Positions 13,732 through 25,891 of a stretch of 64,000 nucleotides of DNA are shown in pieces. The stretch's first letter is position 1; each line of letters begins with the position of its first letter. The position numbers and the translations under genes were made by a program. The notes beneath the pieces were generated by a model that saw nothing but the letters and a program-made list of their open reading frames with translations, made no database searches and was not told the origin of the DNA. The DNA comes from Octopus sinensis (Eukaryota), in NCBI RefSeq assembly GCF_006345805.1, contig NC_043009.1, positions 16,244,001-16,308,000 of the forward strand, given 5' to 3'.

Positions 13732-13905
13732 GGAACTGGCAGAATGGTTACGAGAATCGTTACGTTCTGAGTTCAAATGCCGCCGGAGTCGACTTTATCT
13801 TACATCCTTTTTGGGTTGATAAAATAAGTACTAGTTATTAACTGGATCAATGTAATTGAATTACGGCTTTCTACAAAATTGATGGACCAAAATTTGAATC
13901 CGATA
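13732..13905 (+). mobile_element. SINE family A, diverged
   Basis: GGAACTGGCAGAAT...GTTCTGAGTTCAAATGCCGCCGGAGTCGACTT...GATAAAATAAGTAC. Confidence 0.75.
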
Positions 13906-14052
13906 TTTCAAAATTGCTTCCTACTAAAGTATTACCTAACACTAAATACTTGATTGAGTTACATATACTCAAATGTATAGCAATCCATATATATATATAT
14001 ATATAGGCAGATAAATATATAATTTATGTATGTATATATGAATAAATATATG

Positions 14053-14174
<122 letters not shown>

Positions 14175-15292
14175 TATATAGGTAGATATTATATAATGTG
14201 TGCATACGTGTGTGCTTGTATGTGTGTGTGTGTGTGAGGAGAAACAGTAAAAGGTGTCGTTGCTATTATGTTAAATTTGTCCAAATTTTGCCAATGCGTT
14301 TTTTTTTTTGTATTTATTTTTGCTTGCAACAGCCGGTTCTTTTGGTCAAACTTCCGTATCTCCTACCGCTTCAGATGCAAAGACATCAAAAATTATCAAA
14401 GTGTAGTACAACATTTTTGCTATGTTGTACAGGGAGCTTGCACTGGATATGACTAATAGTCTGTAAATGAATTGGATATTGCCAGTGCTGCTACCTTGAG
14501 TGCTTGAAAAACGTGACAAAAAGGTTGATAGTTGTTTTTTAGTAGAATAAAATTTGGTATCCTCACTTTAGCCTTTAGATAAGTTAAGTTTTCTGCCAGA
14601 ATAGGAGATTAGAATCTCATAACACACCAAACTATTTGGTATCTTACAGAGTTCCACCATTTACCATTGTATCAGATATATGCGTTTCTATTTGCGTCTT
14701 CTATCTCTAATGAGATGCAGAAACCTCTTCTCACAGAATTAACAATTAAATTATTTGATGCCACAACATCGCCAACTCCTATTAGAAATATTCCGAGAAT
14801 TGTGCTAACGCTTTCACAAATATCGAACCTGAACGATAAAGCGCTGCCTGTCGGATTGATCAAACGATAACCTAATTGTCATAAGTCTGATAAATACAGG
14901 TTGCGGTTGTACAACACAGTAATACTTTTTTTGATATTTTACGTGTGGCAGGAAGTATTTCCAAAGTATAGCTTCTTCTAGGCATTCTCATATACACATT
15001 TTATATTATCATTGTTCAATCTAAAATAATTTTCCTCGCAACAGGTTTAAAATTCTATGCTCTATTCACATGGATACCATGTATCTATATATATATATAT
15101 GTATGTGTGTATGTATATATTTGTATGTATATACGTATGTATGTATGTTCGTACATATGGATTTAATAATTTTTGATAAGTTGTAAAAAACAACTCTAGC
15201 GGCAATAACAAGAAACAGAATAAATTGAAAGAAAGAATACTTTTGTATAAGATTATATTAAATTGAAATAGTTTTGATTTCTTAAGGCTTAC

Positions 15293-15538
15293 CTTCAAGG
15301 CTGTTGTAGATTATAGCAATCCGCTTTTTATCTCGGTAATCCAGCATATCCTTGATGGCTCTGAAGAATGTAGAAATGCCTGGAAACAGACGAATCAAAT
15401 TTCCGCCGATTGCTCGATCTGAGATTGCCAAAGTAGTCACAAAATAAGGTATATTCAGGTGATTCGTCGCTTTAGCCATTACTGGGTTGAAATTTCCCAA
15501 AACTGCTCGAATATTTTCTGCTTCCAGTGTGTCAATCA
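15293..15538 (-). CDS. Exon of an ionotropic glutamate receptor-like gene, non-NMDA (kainate-like or IR co-receptor-like) amino-terminal LIVBP-fold domain
   Basis: Acceptor tttactttcag|TG, donor GAAG|gtaagc. 246 nt, phase 1/1. VIDTLEAENIRAVLG...LNIPYFVT...NLIRLFP...FFRAIKDMLDYRDKKRIAIIYNSLEG follows the recalled iGluR ATD pattern (GVxAIFG...LxIPHxxT...NLYP...LSxAIxDLVxxxxWxxxxVVYDDxxG). Orthology cannot be assigned by eye. Confidence 0.88.
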
Positions 15539-17705
15539 CTGAAAGTAAATATAAAAATATACAGTAGTAAGACATCGGATTAAAAGCGTCGTACATTTAT
15601 ATGCTATTAACAATTTGCTACGCGCATGATCTTTCTCAAGAAAGACAGGGGTCTGTAGTTCTCCAATACAGTGCATATGTCATACGTATTTTAAATGCTT
15701 ATAATGCAGCTAATTTCACACGAAGTTTTGAAATTTGGTTAATGAAATATGAATAGCAATTTGATATAAAAAAATATAATTACTTTAGATTTTGATATAA
15801 AATATAAATAACAATTTTAAAAGTTTTCGCTGTAATTGAGAAGTTATTTTAATCAACAAATAAGGTTCGTGGTTTCATGGTTTACTCTCGATGACTCTAC
15901 AGGTTGTTTTCTTGTGGTGAAACGCTTAATTCGCCTCGACGCATTTTAACATCAGAGATAACATGTGCATTAGGGAGGTGATATAGATGTTTCTCGAAAA
16001 TTAGTTTACTTCTTTTCGCTTATGATTTTTGTAAATTGATAACCCGAAAGTTCGGTAGCACATATCTGCGATATCATTGTTGTTAGTATCCCGGTAGTGA
16101 AACTGTATCAATGACCAGGGATCAGGTCGCAAAAGTGTGGTGAAATTTCGGCACTAGATAGAAAGGGTTTTCAAAATCAATGAAAAAGTAAACACGGTTT
16201 GTTATTAAGAAGGTATTAATGTTAGCTCAATGTTATAGTGTGTAGCATTTTAGTGGTTTTGTGAGTAATGACTTCGATTCACACAATATACTTTATGTGA
16301 AGTTAATTTAACTTTCAATCTAGTCAGGTATTTATGGTGTTGCAGTTGTGTATTTATCATTCTATTGTTTACTCTATTAATTTCTTCTAATAGCTGTTAT
16401 TGTTTGGTTTAATTTATTCTATTGACTTCTTTATCGAGTTCACCACTTGTAGAGTAAACTCCAAATACTCTATGTAAAGATTTTCTTTCTCGTATCCAGG
16501 TAAATGCATTTATTTTCTGTATCCAGGGACAGGTATTTATTTTCTGTATCCAGTTATTATATGCATTTGTTTGTGGCTTTTATGTAAATGGGTTCGACGT
16601 TCCTATGATTTTATGATTATTCATGTCTAGAAATGGAGCTTTATTGCTGCGAATTAATTTATAGCGTTCTGAATAAGGATTTCTTATGCAAAATTATTTT
16701 CTAGTTTTTTTCAGAATTTTCCCACCTCTCTTGCTATCACCATTACAACGAGTGTGTCGTCCTTGTATCTGGTATATATTGTATACGTTTTGTTTTCCAT
16801 TTTGGCCGGGAGGGAATGGAGCCCTTAACGAAGAATCATAGCTACTTCATCGTTTTGCAGGTCTTATAGACAGTAACAGAATAATCTTTCTTTATACTGT
16901 ATATGTACGCTAATAATTGCTTTAGTATGTTCACCGATATCGTTGAATATTTCATTCTTAGTTGCTTGTATATATTATTCGAGGGCTTTTTTTTCAGCCA
17001 CTGAAATATTGTAAACATACTTTCTATGTCGAAGTTAGAAATTACGCTTAGATTTAAGTCTTAGATCACTAAAACATTTTCAGATGACTATATTATATTG
17101 TATTATATTATATTATATTATATTATATTATATTATATTATATCATATTATATTATATTATTGTTGGAGACGGTGTGTATTGCTTAATAATCATATCAAA
17201 TTGTTTAGATGATGATGATAGATTTTATTTGAAATACCGTCGGTCATCAGGGCTAGTTTTGGTTCTTTACGTGTTAGTTCTTCTAGTGCTATATTCTAAG
17301 AGGTGTTCACCCTCAGTGGTGGAAAATAAGAAGCTTCTATAATGGCTGCAGTCTCTTCAATCAGCATCACATATATTTTTCTAAGTCGTTATAAATGCAT
17401 TTTGATGAGGACCAAGTTCTATATTTTGGTCGGATATTCTTCATAATCCATGACTACGAATATATTACTTATGTAACTTTTACATTTTAGGATAGTCGTC
17501 AACTTTCCCTGTCTTGGTCAATGTGATGACCACACGCTACACACCTTCCTGCGAGCACTGCTGTAAACAGCGGAAGTTAGCTAGAATGTTGAAAGTTAGT
17601 GCGCATGCACAGCACAGTTCAAGGTCAATCTGTTGCACCAAGCGGCTTCACTCTGCGTGCATTATTAGCTTCGTTACTATGGCGACAATGCGGATACTTC
17701 TTTAT

Positions 17706-18132
17706 CAGGGCCTAAATAACTGTAACATTCGTCCCAACCAGGACTGCCACATTATGTTGGCAAATAATCTTTACTTTAGAGGACTGTTAGTGAATGCTTC
17801 TCATTGAGAGATTAAGAAATGATAATTTTTCTATTTACTAGATCAGTAACAGTGTGTCACTTTGAAAATTATATAGTTTCGAACAGGAATTTAGCAGCGC
17901 CATCTCTAGCCAAGCAGTTATTATGTGCTGAGGAAGAGAAATAGCCCAGAAACCGTGGTACGCCGATATTGCTTTGTGCTGAGTGGGGATGCTAAACTCC
18001 CTTTTTTCGAAAATATAAGGACATAGATACTGTGGTTTATAGGCAGCTGGTGACGGATGTTTCCTGGGCTAAATAACAACGACATTCATCCCAACCAGGA
18101 CTGCAACATTATGTTGGCAAATAATCTTTACT
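17706..18132 (+). repeat. ~70-bp direct repeats, 357-bp period, bracketing a decayed HHR
   Basis: GGGCCTAAATAAC...CCCAACCAGGACTGC(C/A)ACATTATGTTGGCAAATAATCTTTACT at 17706-17775 and 18064-18132. The upstream flank also matches 25900-25990. Confidence 0.8.
17924..17964 (+). ncRNA. Decayed type I hammerhead motif
   Basis: UGUG-CUGAGGA-A-GAG(AAAUAG)CCC-A-GAAA-CCGUGG-UA-CGCC. Core intact, GUA site, stems I and II damaged. Confidence 0.42.
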
Positions 18133-18162
18133 ATTTATAATATATATGTTTATATAAGTATT

Positions 18163-18206
<44 letters not shown>

Positions 18207-18689
18207 CATAACTACTTATATAAACATATATATTGTATATATTAGTATTTACATTATATTTTTAATGATTTTATCTCCTAGAATTCCTTAGCTTTGATAG
18301 AGTGTTTGGATTTCAACTGCTTTCTGTATTGGTCAGCTTTCGGTTATATGGAAGTTTGTATCGAGTGTGAGACGTGAAACTGAGATGTACTGAGGAGTGG
18401 AAATGAAATGTGAGAAGTTGAAACATGTATCTAATTATTGTTTGACAGAATTTTGCTTTGCTTGCTTTCCTATTATTACAGTATCTAGTTTTTCATGGGG
18501 AGATGCCTGTATGGTATCAATATCTGGATATATATTGTCCACTAAGAGGATTTATTTATCAATACTTGTCCGTAAGTGTAGATTTATGATTGTTCTGGTT
18601 GAAGTTTTAGCTTCAAAACGCTGTCATGATACAACCTAATTAATTTCCGCTAATACAACCGAAGAAGTCTAGAAACTCTTCCTTGGATA

Positions 18690-19280
18690 CAACGGCGGGA
18701 CATCCTCGGTCAATTGAGAAATGAGATAGCAACATTTAACCAGGAATTCCATGTTTTAAAACACTTCCCACGGTGCCTTCCTGTTTTCTGTCCGAAAGCT
18801 TTGGTTAGATCGACGAAATCTGTGTTATGTACTTCATATTTGAAATATAAATTTTCTCATCAATCTAATGCAAAAGAAAAATCTGATAGGAAATCAAATT
18901 CAGGGTAAAAGACATTTCGGAGGCGAGTGAATATTCTTCAGAGGTGTTGCTAGTGAGTATTTCACTACAGATGACGAGTGAGAGTTCACAAATAATTTTC
19001 CATCTATAATCTTGAACAGATAGTCTATGAAGGTATCCTTGTGGTCTGCAGGTAATGGCCGACCATCCACATAAATTAAAATAACCCAAGAAGATTAGGC
19101 GAAAGACAATATTTTCAAGGTGGCTTGTCCGCGGAAAGTTTTCTGATAGAGCGCTGGACTTCTTTGACGCATAGTTCACAACACAACTAAAAGGTTTCTG
19201 GTTTTTTAGATATATAGATATGAAGGCCAATACATTGATTGTAGGATTGTTATAAAAGACATTGTCAAAATCTTCTTCAA
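18690..19280 (-). pseudogene. Decayed non-LTR retrotransposon reverse transcriptase fragment (RTE-like)
   Basis: Minus strand gives FVDLTKAF, then after a frameshift NRKAPWEVF*...KCCYLISQLTED, matching the recalled RTE RT segment FVDLTKAFDxxNRxALWxVL...IISQLHED. Stops and frameshifts present. Confidence 0.6.
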
Positions 19281-19601
19281 ACACTCACAAATTTAATTTA
19301 GTTCAGATCAGTCATGGTTATCACCTAGTTCTGCTCCCTTTGCCACTGTAGTCTTGAACTGGGGTTTAATATTTTTGAACCTAGATTATAAATAGTCAAA
19401 CCCAGTTGAATATTAATCTAGGTTTTCTTTGACCCTACTACAACATGTGATACTTACAGAAGTACTTGACTCAAGCCGGCAATGCTCTCAGAATAGTTAT
19501 CCTACGCCAGCTCAACACCACACGAAGACACTACCATCAACGGAAGAAATGTAGATAGTAAACGCGATCACTGGCGAGATTTTGAAGTGAAATGGATACT
19601 C

Positions 19602-19855
19602 TTTATTTTGATTCAGTCCTTTGACTGCAGTCATGCTGGAGTACCACTTTTAGTCGAACAAATCGACCCCAGGACTCACTCTTTGTAAGCCCCATCGGTC
19701 TCTGTTGCCGAACCGCTAAGTTACGGGAATGTAAACCAGCATCGTTGTCAAACGTTGGTGGCCGGGACAAACACAGACACACAAACATACACACACACAG
19801 AGACACACACGCACACACACACACACCACACACACACACACACACACACTCATAT

Positions 19856-19909
<54 letters not shown>

Positions 19910-20303
19910 TGCATATATAGGTACAGGAATAGTGAACACTGAGAGAAACATTTTTGTTTTGGTTTTTTTTAAAAGAAAAGATAGAAGAGAGTGAGAAATA
20001 ACGCGTCCGCTCTTTTGAACGTCCGTGTAGGAAAAGAAAGATGACAGTGAAAACATACAAAGGACCCTCCATGTTTGTTTTCGTTCGGTTTCCTTGCATG
20101 ACTCCACTGTCATGTTTTTCTTCCCAACTTTGACTCTCTTTAACGTTGAATGCTCGAAATGAGTAGAGAGACAACCGACAACTGATGAAGGGTCCTTTCT
20201 ATGTGTTTACTTGTCCTGTTTTCCATTTTTAGTCGTTGTTTACGTATTTCATGTTATTTGCACCATTGATGACATCCTGTACTCATACAGGTATATATGT
20301 ATA

Positions 20304-20344
<41 letters not shown>

Positions 20345-21152
20345 TATATATATATTATTTATTATTTACTATTTAATTGAACGTGACGCATCTATTTCCA
20401 AGTATCTTCACCTTTTTGATGCGACTCTACCATATACTGTTTTCTTCCTCCATCCTTCTCTAATTCCCTTTTCTACTCTCCCTTCACAGTTTTCTATTTG
20501 TCTCTCTCCCCCTCTTTTTCTCTCACCTACCCCTCTCTTTTCCTTCCTCTCTCTCTCTCTCTCTCTCTCTCGTTGTTCATACGTGACGAACGTCCATCTG
20601 TCTTTTGTTCACGTGACCATTTTCTTTTCCTGCACGGACGTTCAAAAGAGAGGACGTGTTTTTTCTCTCTCTTCTATATTTTCTTTCAAAAAAATGTTTC
20701 TCCCAGCATTCACTATTCTCCTCTCGTTCTAGTCTAACGACACTCCATTTTTGTTTTCCTTTGGTTTCCTTGTATGTCTCCATTGTTATAATTTTGTTCC
20801 CAACTTTGACCTGCCATAAATCCTAAATTTTATTTTAGAATTTATGGGAGCAACTGTCTCTGAAAATTCATATTATCGTTAAATGCTCGAAATGCTCGTG
20901 TTTCATGATATTTGCACCGTGGGTGAGTGACAGCCTGAAACCAGATTTACATATATATATATATATATATATACGTGTGTGCGTGTATACGCCGGGTTTC
21001 TTTCAGTCTCCTTCTACCAAATCCACTCACAAGGGTTTGGTCGATCCGAGACTACAGTAGAAGACACTTGCTCGAGGTGCACTGCAGTGGAACTGAACCC
21101 GGAACCGTGTGGCTGGTAAGCAAGCTGCTTACCACACAGCCACTCCTGCGCC
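19602..21152 (-). mobile_element. tRNA-derived SINE (family B) split by a ~1-kb insertion
   Basis: Tail half 19602-~19800 and head half ~20985-21152 match the intact copy at 61667-62090. The insert 19921-20950 sits in the SINE's internal (CA)n/(TA)n. Confidence 0.85.
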
Positions 21153-21502
21153 TATATTGAACTTCTTAAAATAACTACTTTTACGGTCAATGTTTCTTAG
21201 TTTTGTTTATTAAAAAAACTAAAATATATATGTATGTGCATTATACTTGTATGTATATTTGTATGAATAGATATGCATACATACATCTACCATACACACT
21301 TATACACATATATGTACAAACACACACACACACACATATATATATATACGTACACATACATACACATACATACATGCATGCCTACATATATATATGTGTG
21401 TGTGTGTGAGAGTGTGCGTATGTGTGTGTGTATGTGTGCAGTATACTTTGGATTAAGCTTATTTATAGACATTTTACAAGCAAGTAAAGTGACAGCTACA
21501 AA

Positions 21503-21579
21503 GATAGATAGATATATAGATAGATATATAGATAGATAGATAGATAGATAGATAGGTAAATAGATAGATGAATAGATGA

Positions 21580-21675
<96 letters not shown>

Positions 21676-21677
21676 CC

Positions 21678-21710
<33 letters not shown>

Positions 21711-21713
21711 GGC

Positions 21714-21804
<91 letters not shown>

Positions 21805-21809
21805 CAGAC

Positions 21810-21908
<99 letters not shown>
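21503..21908. repeat. Compound (TAGA)n/(CAGA)n microsatellite, representative of many
   Basis: Direct reading. Similar tracts at ~3040-3248, 28990-29240, 36830-37142, 50160-50236 and 54870-55140, plus dozens of (TA)n, (CA)n and (TATG)n tracts. Confidence 0.97.
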
Positions 21909-22184
21909 AAAAAATATGAACTGCACTTTTCTTATGTTGAGCACGAAATTGAATATGACAGTTTCTTGTGATAAATACGTGTTTGTGTGTATTTATGCTA
22001 CAATGTATATTTACTTTATGCATTTGCATATGGATATTTGTATGTGTTTATATATCAATATATATATATAAGGGATATATCATATGTATATATATATGAA
22101 TATACGCTTGAGCGGATGTGGGGTTACAAAAGATCTCTCAGAGAATGCAAAAATGTAACGGCTAAACGCTAACATATATACATA

Positions 22185-22248
<64 letters not shown>

Positions 22249-22618
22249 TGGGGTAAATGTTTTTAAATTTTCACCTTATTTCTGAATTACTACTACTACT
22301 TGGTCGGGGGTGAGTTATGGCTGCTCTTTCTGGTGGACGAATGACCTGTTAGGGTCACTCCTAAATTGTTATATATATATATTTAGTCGTTGACTATTTT
22401 CTCTTTTCCATCAGGCCGCTGGTAGCGATAAATTTCTATTGAATTTTTTTGCTACCCTATATTGACTAATTGATAATTTTCTGAATAATTCTGAGATTGA
22501 ATCGGCAGTTTATATTTACTGCTGATAAGTTTGGCGCGAATACGTCAGTCTTGAAAATTTTAAGACTATATTCCGTAGGCATCGATACAGACGCCTCGTG
22601 TATATTTGTCTCTCCCAG

Positions 22619-22721
22619 GTTTTTTACTGATGAAGTGTAACCTATGGTAGATTGGCTTAATTTAATTTAATTAAGCTAATTTAATCATTAATGACACAGA
22701 AACGTTGCACGTCTAAAAGAT
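22619..22721 (+). ncRNA. Type I hammerhead ribozyme, array copy 1
   Basis: Stem I GUUUUUUA/UAAAAGAU, CUGAUGA 22627-22633, long stem II closed by GUGU/ACAC, GAAA 22699-22702, stem III ACGU-UGC-ACGU, GUC site (predicted cut after 22713). Confidence 0.78.
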
Positions 22722-23091
22722 AATTGGGGTAAATGTTTTTAAATTTTCACCTTATTTCTGAATTACTACTACTTGGCGGTGTGAGTTATGGCTGCTCTTT
22801 CTGGTGGACGAATGACCTGTTAGGGTCACTCCTAAATTGTTATATATATATAATTTAGTCGTTGACTATTTTCTCTTTTCCATCAGGCCGCTGGTAGCGA
22901 TAAATTTCTATTGAATTTTTTTGCTACCCTATATTGACTAATTGATAATTTTCTGAATAATTCTGAGATTGAATCGGCAGTTTATATTTACTGCTGATAA
23001 GTTTGGCGCGAATACGTCAGTCTTGAAAATTTTAAGACTATATTCCGTAGGCATCGATACAGACGCCTCGTGTATATTTGTCTCTCTCCCA

Positions 23092-23195
23092 GTTTTTTAC
23101 TGATGAAGTGTAACCTATGGTAGATTGGCTTAATTTAATTTAATTAAGCTAATTTAATCATTAATGACACAGAAACGTTGCAACGTCTAAAAGAT
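23092..23195 (+). ncRNA. Type I hammerhead ribozyme, array copy 2
   Basis: CUGAUGA 23100-23106, GUGU 23108-23111 / ACAC 23167-23170 with an internal GCUUAAUU/AAUUAAGC hairpin, GAAA 23172-23175, palindromic stem III ACGUUGCAACGU, GUC site (cut after 23187), stem I up to 8 bp including G:U pairs. Confidence 0.82.
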
Positions 23196-23562
23196 GAATT
23201 GGGGTAAATGTTTTTAAATTTTCACCTTATTTCTGAATTACTACTACTTTGCGGTGTGAGTTATGGCTGCTCTTTCTGGTGGACGAATGACCTGTTAGGG
23301 TCACTCCTAAATTGTTATATATATATATTTAGTCGTTGACTATTTTCTCTTTTCCTCAGGCCGCTGGTAGCGATAAATTTCTATTGAATTTTTTTGCTAC
23401 CCTATATTGACTAATTGATAATTTTCTGAATAATTCTGAGATTGAATCGGCAGTTTATATTTACTGCTGATAAGTTTGGCGCGAATACGTCAGTCTTGAA
23501 AATTTTAAGACTATATTCCGTAGGCATCGATACAGACGCCTCGTGTATATTTGTCTCCCCAG

Positions 23563-23665
23563 GTTTTTTACTGATGAAGTGAACCTATGGTAGATTGGCT
23601 TAATTTAATTTAATTAAGCTAATTTAATCATTAATGACACAGAAACGTTGCAACGTCTAAAAGAT
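23563..23665 (+). ncRNA. Type I hammerhead ribozyme, array copy 3
   Basis: CUGAUGA 23571-23577, GAAA 23642-23645, ACGUUGCAACGU stem III, GUC site (cut after 23657). One T is missing in stem II relative to copies 1-2. Confidence 0.8.
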
Positions 23666-24091
23666 GAATTGGGGTAAATGTTTTTAAATTTTCACCTTAT
23701 TTCTGAATTACTACTACTTGGCGGTGTGAGTTATGGCTGCTCTTTCTGGTGGACGAATGACCTGTTAGGGTCACTCCTAAATTGTTATATATATGTATAT
23801 ATATATGTATGTATATATATATATACACACATATATACATATATACATACATACATATGTACGTATGTATGTGTGTGTGGTGTGTGTAATATTCAACTTT
23901 TATTCTAAACTTATGCAGGAATAATTAACATTGCCAGAACATGTGTTCATATATTCTATATCGTTTATGATAAACGGAAAGGCACATATTACAGCTGCCA
24001 GAGATGTTTGTGGCATGCGTAGAAAGCGGAACAGTCCGGTAACGGCGCCATATGTGTATGCTTGGATTTATATATGTCTATAAATACATAT

Positions 24092-24195
<104 letters not shown>

Positions 24196-24265
24196 TATAT
24201 ATATATATATATAGGCTGGGAGAGAGAGAAACTGAAAGAGAGAAAAAGAAATAGAGAGATGTGTG

Positions 24266-24306
<41 letters not shown>

Positions 24307-24554
24307 ATCTATGTATATGTATATATATATATATGCATTTATATATATTATATAAAAATTTATATATATATACACATATATACATACATAAGTATGTATG
24401 CATGAATCTATTTACCTATGTATGTATGTATATGCGTATGTACATTGGGAAAAGGTTCTGTTTTTATTTCCCAATAGTTTATTGCACCTACAACTAATTC
24501 AATAACAAAGACTGGATTTAAAAATTCCGGGTGTATTTTCCTGAAAACATTTAT

Positions 24555-24659
24555 CAAATAACAATCACCTGGTTACTTAGTCATACAGATATAAATGGAA
24601 ATCAAAAAGCAGAGGTATTAGCCGCAAGGGATACACAAAAAGAAATAATTGATATATAA
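24555..24659 (+). pseudogene. RNase H domain remnant of a retroelement
   Basis: QITITWLLSHTDINGNQKAEVLAA resembles the RNase H C-terminal motif WxPxHxGIxGNExADxLA. Followed by a stop. Confidence 0.55.
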
Positions 24660-25666
24660 TCTACATTCTGAATCTATCCTAAACGAAATCATTTGTGGAA
24701 AGACTAAAAGTGGATGTCTCAAGAGATCGATTATTCGTTATCTCAACCTTATAAAGCTATGCTTTTTGGATAATTCAGTCCTTGATATGTTATGTTCTTC
24801 GAATAAAGTAATCTTTGATACACTGGGTAGATTAGATAATGTAGTCCTAGACACCAGCATCTTTTAAATAATGTAATGCTAGATACGCTCTGTCAGGTGG
24901 ATAAAGTTGTCCAATACTGCACTATGATAAACGGCTAATATTGTCCATCATATCAATAGGATTATATAGTCCTAGACTAGATAACGGTCAAAAGTAACGT
25001 ATAAAATATATCAGATACTAAGCGAGTTTAGTAAAGGCATTCTTGGTCCCGAACGAACGATAAGTCGTTGAACTTCATCCTATAAGCAACAGGCCGAACG
25101 ACATCAGGTTCAAGCTCATATGGGGATTAATCAGAAAACCTATGGCATTATATGTGCATGCAAGAAACTACCATTCTCAAGAAGACATTATAAAAATGTT
25201 CAAGAGACAAGAAAATGGAAGAAGTGCAATGTTTATCTTTTCTTTGGAGTACAAGACAACAGAAACATTTAACGGTTTCTAGTAATGCAATGTTTTTCCT
25301 TTATCTTCATTATTTTAGTTATATATGTATGCAGATACACATACACATACGTATATATATGTATATATATAAATGTGTGTGCGTGCGTGTGTGTATGTGT
25401 GCGCGCGTGTGGGTATGTCTGTGAGTGTGTGATTTATTGTCTTTAATTCGGGAAAAATTTAATAAAAGGTTACAGAAGCGACTCGAGACGATAGTTTCCT
25501 GACGGCTGCTGGGTCACTTTCGTAACTTCCTTCCGATTAAAATAATAAAAATGTATATACGCCCATGCATTGAGTTCCATCTTTGTTCTTTGTTCCATCG
25601 ACATATATATGTACATATATATGTACATATATATGTATCTGTATCTGTATACACACACACATATAT

Positions 25667-25699
<33 letters not shown>

Positions 25700-25857
25700 T
25701 GCATATATTTATTTATAAATATATATACACATATAATATATATACGTACACAGATATAGGCATGTATGTATATATGCATACACATATAATATACGTACAC
25801 AGATATAGGTATGTATGTATATATACATATATATATACTTACACAGACATAGGTAAG

Positions 25858-25891
<34 letters not shown>

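Larger units (their letters stand above)
22247..23794 (+). mobile_element. Tandem array of ~3.25 x 470-476-bp HHR-containing units (retrozyme-like / non-autonomous Penelope-like pLTR array)
   Basis: Units start at GGGGTAAATG 22250, 22726, 23201 and 23671 (last one partial). Copies are near-identical, mostly 1-nt indels. Both ends lie in (TA)n. Each full unit has a type I hammerhead. No long ORF. Confidence 0.9.

Noticed and set aside
14667-14870. Overlapping plus and minus ORFs next to the iGluR exon
   Set aside because: No frame resembles iGluR or any family I recognise, and no consistent splice-site pair keeps a frame open.
18390-18432. CTGAGGA...GAAACATGTA as a hammerhead
   Set aside because: Core and palindromic stem III are present, but stems I and II do not pair; chance or too decayed to support.
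22247-23794. CRISPR array or satellite DNA reading of the tandem repeat
   Set aside because: No unique spacers and eukaryotic context. The HHR, low copy number and (TA)n flanks fit a retroelement-derived array better.
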